A DNA stretch of 57,368 bases, counting the filler, from Circinaria calcarea (taxonomy: Eukaryota): the NCBI GenBank assembly GCA_051942165.1. It is 7 parts of 7 records of this genome, joined end to end, with 100 filler letters (N's around TTAATTAATTAA, not from the genome) between each part and the next. Parts side by side here need not be neighbours in the genome. Positions count along the whole stretch, not along the records: positions 41,064 to 49,169 come from JAVECS010001179.1; positions 49,270 to 57,368 come from JAVECS010001180.1; 5 more parts are not named here. The stretch is one strand, 5' to 3'. Below the pieces are notes generated by a model, which did no database searches, was not told the DNA's origin, and was given only the letters and a program-made list of their open reading frames with translations. Positions 49,075-57,368 of the stretch are shown one piece after another (within the stretch, counting starts at the first letter, position 1; each line of letters starts with the position of its first letter). A program made the position numbers and the translations under genes.

Positions 49075-49169
49075 GGGGTTTAGGGATGGAAAAAAAATTG
49101 GAACGGAAACGGAAACGGAAATGGAATGGTATGAAATTGTGCATGGACATGTGCATAGGCATGGGGTAG

Positions 49170-49269
49170 NNNNNNNNNNNNNNNNNNNNNNNNNNNNNNN
49201 NNNNNNNNNNNNNTTAATTAATTAANNNNNNNNNNNNNNNNNNNNNNNNNNNNNNNNNNNNNNNNNNNN
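49170..49269. other. Artificial contig-joining linker
   Basis: N44-TTAATTAATTAA-N44. Confidence 0.98.
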
Positions 49270-49306
49270 CTATGGGGAATGCCGCTCACATTCCTCTCCT
49301 AGTGCC

Positions 49307-52300
49307 ATGTCGTTCCCTCGAAAGCCCAACCCTACCTCTCCCAAGCGAGAAAGAAGACATGAACCGTATCGAGACTCACCTCGGCGACGCGCACGCCCCC
49401 AAGACGTTGAAGCCATTCCATACTATGACAGCCCATCGCCGCAAAGATCCCCGGCCCGAAAGCCTAAACAAGAAGCCTACATCGAAGCCTTTCCGGTACC
49501 GGGCACGCCTTCCAGTGACAGAGATCACATGATGGCTGACCCAAGTGGCCACAACGGCTTGAGTCGCAAGCGAAGTCTTGTTCGTCCTGAGCGTGGCAGG
49601 ATCGACAAGGACCACCCAAATTTCCTCTATCGTCAGCATGCTCAAAACATGACTGTGTATCCATCGACAACAGGCAATGACCCAATGAATGAAGAAATGG
49701 CGGAGGCGGAGACTGTCAGTTCGGAAGAAGCAGAGATAAAAAGCCCGAACAGGCGAGGTGGGCGCCATCGTGACGAGATGGAGGAGCTGGAAGTCGGGCC
49801 TGAAGGCAGGCGACACGGGAACACGGTTTCGAACCGGAGCGATGGTCAGCGACGTCTGCGACGAAAGAGGACGAGAAGAGAGGTGAAGAAACTCAGTGAG
49901 GAGGAAAAACAAAGGCAAAGGGAATTGGATTCAATACGGCCACCTAGTTTTTGGAATGTATACTGCGCTATCATTACCTTTTGGTGCCCAGGTCCAGTAC
50001 TTGCCTGCCTTGGCAAACCTGCAAAGGCCCAGCAACGCGCATGGAGAGAGAAGATGGGTCTTATCAGTATCATCCTTTTAATCTGTGCCTTTGTCGGCTT
50101 CCTCACATTCGGCTTCACCCAAGCCGTTTGTGGAACCCGGACCGCCGTCCGAATGAAAGTAAATCATGTTGGGAGAGATTCCATGATCTTCCACGGCAAG
50201 GCTTACAATCTGGACGGAATGAGGCATCCTGCGGCGGAAGGTATTTCTCCTAATGCTGACTTAATCTACAGTCCTCCGCACCTGTATGGCGGCCAAGATG
50301 GAAGCTTCTTTTTCCAAAACGTGAACGGGGCTTGTAAAGGACTCATTACTCTCGCCAGTGGGTCCGATGTGCCTACAGATGCAAACGACAATCTCGCATG
50401 GTATTTCCCTTGTACGGCCTTCAACCAAGATGGCTCAAGCCAACCTAATCTCACAACCGAGTATTATCTTGGGTATGCATGTCATACCACCCAGTTTGGA
50501 AGGGATGCTTTCTACAAACACATGTCCAGCTCCGGCGAAGTTTATTTTACTTGGGACGATGTCAAGAACGCCAGTCGCCACCTAACGGTATTTTCCGGCA
50601 ACGTCCTAGATCTTGATCTCTTACAATGGTTCAACAAATCCCAAGTTTCGTACCCGGCACAATTCGATCAACTCCGTGACAATAAGAACGTTCGGGGCGT
50701 CGACTTAACGCATGCTTTCCAATCGGGTGCGCAGAAACAACTAGGGCAGTGTTTATCGGAAATTATTCGGGTTGGGTCCATCGATACTGAGACTGTAGGG
50801 TGTATTGCCTCGAAAGTGGTCTTGTACGTTTCCTTGGTCTTCATTCTGTCAATCGTCCTCGTCAAATTTCTTCTGGCGCTCTGCTTTCAATGGTTCTTTA
50901 GCCGCCGGTTTGCTGCTTCCAAATCGTCGTACGGCAACAACCCAAAGAAGCGAGCTCAGCAGATTGAAGACTGGAGTGAAGACATTTACCGAGCTCCGCC
51001 TAAATTAACGGATACCACATCAGCCATGGCAAGCAAGAGAGGCAGTCTATTTCTCCCGACTACATCAAGATTCACGAGTCCGTATGCTACCGATCAATCA
51101 CAAGTCAAGAATCGACCAGCTCCAACTACCATGGCCAGCCAAAGCTCTGCCTCGCGATTACTGGCTCCTGGGTCAATGTACAGGCAGGCAAACGGCAGTG
51201 AGGGAACCCTGCCGAGCTTTGAACCATCGACCAGGCATAGCGTAGGCAACAGCCGCTCAAGTCTGGTGATGTCTAGTCAAGACCAAAGATACTCCACCGC
51301 CATGAGCGAAGTCGAGGGTAAAGGGCCTGCAGGCTTTATTCATGAAGCTGTGGTACCGCAACCTCCGCCAGATTGGCAACCGTTCGGCTATCCGCTCGCG
51401 CATGGTATCTGTTTGGTTACCGCCTATTCTGAGGGTGAAGAAGGGCTTCGAACTACCCTCGACTCCATTGCTACTACCGAATATCCCAATAGCCACAAGA
51501 CTATATTGGTTGTTTGCGATGGGTTGATCAAGGGTCATGGGGAGACTTTGACAACTCCGGAGATTGCGCTGAGTATGATGGGCGATCATGCAACCCTACC
51601 AAGCGAGGTTCAAGCATTCTCATACGTTGCTGTTGCCAGCGGCTCCAAGAGGCATAATATGGCCAAGGTGTATGCTGGATATTATAATTATGGAGAGAAT
51701 TCAATGATCCCGCCAGAGAAACAACAAAGGGTGCCAATGATGGTGATTGTCAAGTGCGGCACGCCGGACGAGGCGAAGAAAAGCAAGCCTGGAAATCGCG
51801 GAAAGCGAGATAGTCAAATCATCTTGATGTCATTCCTCCAGAAGGTCATGTTTGATGAGAGGATGACTGAATTGGAGTTCGAGATGTTCAACGGGCTGTG
51901 GAAAGTCACCGGCATATCGCCCGACTTCTACGAGATCGTGCTTATGGTTGACGCTGATACGAAGGTGTTTCCTGATAGCCTGACACACATGGTTTCAGCC
52001 ATGGTGAAGGATCCTGAGATCATGGGTCTCTGTGGAGAGACGAAAATTGCCAACAAGCGTCAAAGCTGGGTAACCATGATCCAAGTCTTTGAGTAAGTGC
52101 ACTCGTAACTAGATTGAGCGAGCGTTGGCTAATCGATTGATACAGATATTTCATTTCGCACCACTTGTCCAAATCTTTCGAATCGGTCTTTGGCGGTGTC
52201 ACTTGCTTACCTGGGTGCTTCTGCATGTACCGCATCAAGGCACCGAAAGGCGGTCAGAATTACTGGGTCCCCATTTTGGCCAATCCTGATGTCGTAGAAC

Positions 52301-53104
52301 ACTACTCGGAGAACGTCGTGGATACGCTGCACAAAAAGAACTTGCTCCTGCTGGGCGAGGATCGGTATCTGTCAACTTTGATGCTGAAGACGTTCCCAAA
52401 ACGCAAGCAAGTATTTGTCCCGCAGGCTGTTTGCAAAACCACCGTACCCGAGAAGTTCTCGGTCTTACTATCCCAGCGGCGGCGATGGATCAACAGTACG
52501 GTGCACAACCTGATGGAGCTGGTACTCGTGCGAGATCTTTGTGGCACCTTTTGCTTCAGTATGCAGTTTGTGGTCTTCATTGAGCTGGTCGGGACGCTCG
52601 TACTGCCGGCGGCCATTACCTTTACCTTCTACCTCATCATCATCTCCATCGTCAGGAAACCTGTCCCGGTGATTCCGTTAATGCTACTGGCTCTCATCCT
52701 GGGTCTACCGGCCGTGCTGATTGTACTTACTGCCCATCGCTGGTCATATGTCTTGTGGATGCTCATCTATCTATTGTCACTTCCTATCTGGAACTTCGTC
52801 CTTCCGGCGTATGCGTATTGGAAATTTGATGATTTCAGTTGGGGTGATACTAGGAAAACAGCGGGCGAGAAGACCAAAAAGGCTGGCATCGAGTATGAAG
52901 GGGAATTTGACAGCACGAAGATTACCATGAAGCGGTGGGGCGATTTCGAAAAAGGTAAATGGATGCGCCTCTCCTCTCCTGCACAGGCTGTGCTAATTGT
53001 CGGTAGAACGTCGTCTCAAGGGTACAGCGTCAGGCTGGTCTCAGCAATCCACATCTGCCGGGGGTTGGCAATCGCAGTTTCATGGGTACGAGTCCGATGT
53101 GTAG
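49307..53104 (+). CDS. CHS3: Chitin synthase class IV (yeast Chs3 ortholog); exons 49307-52092, 52146-52954, 53007-53104
   Basis: [101 protein letters not shown]; no myosin motor domain. Confidence 0.95.
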
Positions 53105-53597
53105 GATTAGTGAGCGATGGAGGATGCACCAAGATGGATAGCGTGGTGTCTGTTGTAAGCATGTTGCGGGCTAGGTAGCATTGGAGGTGCATATGCTGGC
53201 GCTTGTGGGTGTGGGCCTCTTGCGTATCCTACGCCCATGGATTATGTTGTTTGAAGGCGAAGCAGAAGAATTAATGGTTGTGCAGCGGATTTGGGTCTCC
53301 TCTTCACGACGAACCTACGCCAAAATAGCTCTCCGAGTGACTGGCAAATCTTTTGCTGTACATTAGGATCTCGTAGGCTACGGGTATTGGTTTAATGATA
53401 GTAATCACTCCATGGATAGATCATGGCAGCAATCGCAAGGCTGTGTTACTCTACTGTACGTATTCTGACCCTGCCAAGTCCGGCATACGAATCGCATAAT
53501 GATACTGGGATGTATGCGGGCGGTTGTGACAGGTCAATCTGAGGGGATTCTGTAGTTTTGCGAGCTGGACGACTTTGATGATCTCAACCACTCGGAT

Positions 53598-53670
53598 TCT
53601 TTCCCATTCATCCACCTGATTTCCCATCCACCTGATTTTCCATCCACCTGGTTTTCCATCCATGGTGGAT
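53598..53670. repeat. ~4 x 16-nt tandem repeat CCATCCACCTGATTTT
   Basis: catccacctgatttcccatccacctgattttccatccacctggttttccatcca followed by tggtggat. Confidence 0.8.
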
Positions 53671-54430
53671 TTGATTTCGGAACCCAATGATATTTGGTCT
53701 CCTTCAGTTGCCATGTAGGTCTCGCTATCTCGCAGCTGGAACTTGTATGATTCACGTCTTCTCTTCTAGGTCACATAAGGTGTCTGCACGCAGGCTACAC
53801 AACGCACGCCATCCTGCGAGCATCCGGTCTTTCAAGGTACTTGAAACGATTCTTATTGCCTATGATAACCGACTTGTTACTTGTCAAACCTATCCTTCTC
53901 TGCACGTTCCCGCCGTCCAAGGCCCGTCCCACGAATAGTAAGGACCTTTGTTCTTCAATCATCGATGAAGATGGTGAGTTGACCTTTCCATAGGAGGAGG
54001 GAGACCCAGGAACGGAGAAGGGGAGGGGTGTGCTGCTTGGCCTGAGAGGCACACGTCCTCTTCTGCAGTAAGAGAGTGTCGCTGCGCCCACTATTTCAGA
54101 TGATTTCTCACTCGACAGTTCATACATGTAGAAGAGAACCTCTCAACCTCTTCTCCTGTATAGTTGTATCTCTTGAGACTGGTGCTGGGATAGCTATACA
54201 CCTGGTTCCCCTTCAAAACCTTTATCGATTTCCAACCATCAGATTTCATTGGAAGAAGCCTTGACAAAGACTCGGCAAAATTTAGTCGTGGAGGTATAGC
54301 AGCCAGAGCAAACCTCTCACCGAGGGTACCGCCCTAATAGAGAAAGATGATCAAGCACATGTTGCCCGGATGACTAAGACCATTCCACATCACATCTTGT
54401 CCAACGTCTCGATAGCCAACACTACCACTA

Positions 54431-56518
54431 ATGTCCATTCTCAACAGTGCCCATATCCTCCCGTCTTCCGATATGAGTAATATTTCAAGCTTCAATTCGG
54501 ATGAAGAGAGTCTGGACGAAGGAACGGGAGGTGTGCTACTTCCTGATGTCGTTTTGGACTCAATGGAAACTGTCAGATACGCGTCTTCCTTCACTTCCCT
54601 GCGTTCACACCTTGTCGACCCCGACGTTGTGCCTACAACGTTCAATCACAGCGGAAGAAGATTCGATGAGATGATGGCCGAGGCTTCTGGGTACCATCAT
54701 AATCGAAATCGGCCACCTATACATTCTGGACCAATGGCTAGTGGGCCGTTACCTAACGGCTTGACAAACGCACGTCCTGTGGTAGTTTCAGAACATCCGG
54801 TGTATGTTGGTTACGCTCAACGGCAACCTGGGCTCAACCAGCCTTACCACGGTGTCCATGAGATCTCTGTTCCAAGGGGTCGATCCAGAAGTGAACTACT
54901 AGATCAGCTCTACGCATCTAATAATGGACCGCCAACTGATCCTCTAGGTCTAGAAACGGAGTATATTGCGATGAGAAACCTGCATGGCCCGCATAACGAT
55001 GAAGGGCCTCATTTTGATGTCTGCGATTTCTTCGAGTACTGGAAAGCATACCATGATTGGCCGTACTCTGGCAGTCTATGGTCCCGGATTGGGGAGAAGG
55101 CAATGATACTCCGTCACACACACAGACCGTCTCAAATCACGGCCAACGACCTTGATGGCGATCGGTGTGATTTTCAAGGACTTAATTGGTGGGAGCTCGG
55201 AACCATGAGGACGAAAGCACGGGGTATTCGCAACCATTTATATACAAACCCCTTGGCTTCTACGTTACAGACTCGGAGAGTCCCACATGCCTTGGTCTCA
55301 GCAGAGACGGAGGAGACAATCTCTTGGGCCCAAACTCCGATGAGGCTGCCCAGTTCTGATTCTCATTTTCGCTTTCGCCGCTTTGCCACAGCGCACAGCA
55401 TACATCTCTCTCATTTTGAATTACGCAGTTCGTCTCTTGCCGCATCTTCGAGGAACTCTGTGTTCTACACTGGCGAATCGAAGATAATGTGTTTCGATCC
55501 GACATTTAACACTACAAAGTGCGTCATGGACTTTACGCAAAGATCTCGAGGACAAGAAGGATCATTGCCAATGACAATCACAGCTTTGTTTGCCGGCGAC
55601 GGTGTCTTACTCGCCGGTGGATTCGAAGGCGACTACGCTATGAAGTCGTTGTGCTCGGACGACGCCGAAGCCTTTACGTCTGGTTTAGTTACAAGATGCG
55701 AGAATGGTATTACGAACCATATCCATACCTTTTTGGACCGCCGAAGTGGGCTCGCCCAGGCGGTATTTTCCTCTAATGATAAGGTCCGAGTGCTAGATTG
55801 CCATAGCAACACCTTTGTCTACGAGCATAGATTTCCCTCGTCGGTCAATTGCTCTGCCACAAGTTCCGATTCTCGCCTTCGCCTACATGTCGGGGATTGC
55901 AACCATCCGTGGATTAGCGACGCGGAGAGCGGCAAGCGCATAGCTGAACTGCAGAGTTGTCAAGGCTACGGTTTTGCCTGCGATTGGGCTGGCAACGGAA
56001 TCCACATGGCAACGAGCAGCGAAAGCGGCACTGTGCAAATCTGGGATGCACGAAACTGGGCCTACCCTTTGCAGACCATGGATGCCGAAATCGGCAGTGT
56101 ACGCTCCATGCATTTCTCACCCGTTGGCGGAGGCCGTCCGGTACTTTTGCTAGCTGAACTGGCGGATATTGTGTCTGTCGTTGACGCGGCGACTTTTGAG
56201 ACGAGGCAGCGGTTTGACTTTTTCGGGAGGATCGCGGGTGTAAGCTTTGTGCCGGATGGGAGGACGTTCTATGTAGCGAACGAAGATGGGGTTTTTGGAG
56301 GACTGATGGAATTTGAGCGGGTCAGCTGTGAGGATGGGTTTCGAGTCAACTCATCTCGACGGAAATGGATCCGAGCGGCTGTGGACTTTCGAGAGCGCGG
56401 CGATAGGGTGGCACACGATTGGGTAGACGATGATGAGTTGGATGATGATCCACGTGTGGTACATGTGGGTTCGGGGCATCGACGCAACGGGATGGACTAT
56501 GAAGATGTGATTTTTTGA
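54431..56518 (+). CDS. WD40-repeat protein with DUF2415-like C-terminus
   Basis: DGDRCDFQGLNW, HFELR, LAGGFEGDY, ITNHIH, VNCSATS.D.RLRL.VGD, GFACDW, IWDARNW, RSMHFSP, AELAD.VSVVDA, FDFFGRIAGVSFVPDG. Confidence 0.88.
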   Translation: MSILNSAHILPSSDMSNISSFNSDEESLDEGTGGVLLPDVVLDSMETVRYASSFTSLRSHLVDPDVVPTTFNHSGRRFDEMMAEASGYHHNRNRPPIHSGPMASGPLPNGLTNARPVVVSEHPVYVGYAQRQPGLNQPYHGVHEISVPRGRSRSELLDQLYASNNGPPTDPLGLETEYIAMRNLHGPHNDEGPHFDVCDFFEYWKAYHDWPYSGSLWSRIGEKAMILRHTHRPSQITANDLDGDRCDFQGLNWWELGTMRTKARGIRNHLYTNPLASTLQTRRVPHALVSAETEETISWAQTPMRLPSSDSHFRFRRFATAHSIHLSHFELRSSSLAASSRNSVFYTGESKIMCFDPTFNTTKCVMDFTQRSRGQEGSLPMTITALFAGDGVLLAGGFEGDYAMKSLCSDDAEAFTSGLVTRCENGITNHIHTFLDRRSGLAQAVFSSNDKVRVLDCHSNTFVYEHRFPSSVNCSATSSDSRLRLHVGDCNHPWISDAESGKRIAELQSCQGYGFACDWAGNGIHMATSSESGTVQIWDARNWAYPLQTMDAEIGSVRSMHFSPVGGGRPVLLLAELADIVSVVDAATFETRQRFDFFGRIAGVSFVPDGRTFYVANEDGVFGGLMEFERVSCEDGFRVNSSRRKWIRAAVDFRERGDRVAHDWVDDDELDDDPRVVHVGSGHRRNGMDYEDVIF

Positions 56519-57368
56519 TGTGAGGCAGAGTACACTGTTCTTGTATGTCCTGCAACTCCCATGAGTATAGAACTTTAGCTGCGCTGCGCTGCACTGCGTC
56601 CTTTGCAGTCTCGCACGTCTATCAAGGGTATAATATATGAATTATGGTACCATCTCCACGCAAGGACAACGGAAACCAGCTGAGAGTCTAATAACCAATG
56701 GTATCTCCTGTTGCCTCCTCGGTTATCTATTCCTCGAGCGAAACCCCTCCCCCCCTTTGATGATCTTACCCCTCATCAACCTGACCATAGATTCAATCCC
56801 CCTGCCATGAATCTGCACGTCATTTTCACAAAGAATAAATCTGCCCCGCCCTCCAAGATCCAGATCTACTATGGTTGCAGGGACAATAGATGTTAGCGTA
56901 GGTTTTGACCAAGCCGGGTACACTCAGCAAAGGCTATACAAATTCTTTGAAAAAGAGATTTAATATGGAGGACATCCTCCGGTGTATATTCCGTGTTTCT
57001 GTATGAAATAAAACTGTCATTTGGGCCTTCTATGATTATTGCAAGACAACCACACTAACATCTGTTATGCCTGCCACCATAGTACACGGTTGATTCACAC
57101 TAAACCATTACCCCTCCTCCTCCTACCTACCTAAATCGTATCTAAAGCTACCCGAGTCTACTGGGAAAAAAAACACCACGTTTTGAACCAGTTCAGGGAA
57201 TTCTTGCATACTCCTCCATCCGCATTGGATTTTATTTATCCGCTTGACTCTCCGACTTGAAAGTGCGGAAAATGTCTTACGATGACACTTATGGGAGCGA
57301 GCGTTCTGGGGGGTACGGGCGGGGAGAAAGGGAAAGAGATGGGTACGAGAGAGGTGGAGGGCGGGAGG

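Noticed and set aside
52955..53178. Extended C-terminus of chitin synthase ORF 52165-53178
   Set aside because: Read-through of intron 52955-53006; the spliced frame ends at TAG 53102-53104

Overview
Eukaryotic (filamentous ascomycete, Pezizomycotina) DNA with spliceosomal GT-AG introns. The window is not contiguous: it is seven unrelated ~8.1 kb contigs (8116, 8115, 8114, 8111, 8107, 8106, >=8099 bp, i.e. size-sorted) joined by artificial 100-nt N44-TTAATTAATTAA-N44 linkers. Core genes: a YER152C-like PLP aminotransferase, ribosomal protein L19 (3' part), a Ksp1-type kinase, a class IV chitin synthase and a WD40/DUF2415 protein. Accessory contigs carry several fast-evolving loci. (1) A PNP_UDP nucleoside-phosphorylase gene whose single ~794-codon frame continues through three TAA/TAG stops (one demonstrably CAG>TAG) into three different tandem-repeat arrays (S/P-rich, N/G/H-rich amyloid-like, acidic His-rich) and a Cys-rich tail. 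(2) Three genes with HeLo/STAND-type or C2H2-associated N-termini, two of them head-to-head. (3) Three F-box-like paralogs. (4) Four BTB paralogs, three sharing a C-terminal HxxxHxxCxxC motif. (5) A frameshifted UbiA-type terpene cyclase/prenyltransferase. (6) Two adjacent MITEs (hAT-type with 8-bp TSD, Tc1/mariner-type with TA TSD) and a decayed copia LTR element. Widespread C>T decay is consistent with RIP. Family assignments are from motif recognition only; no database search was run.
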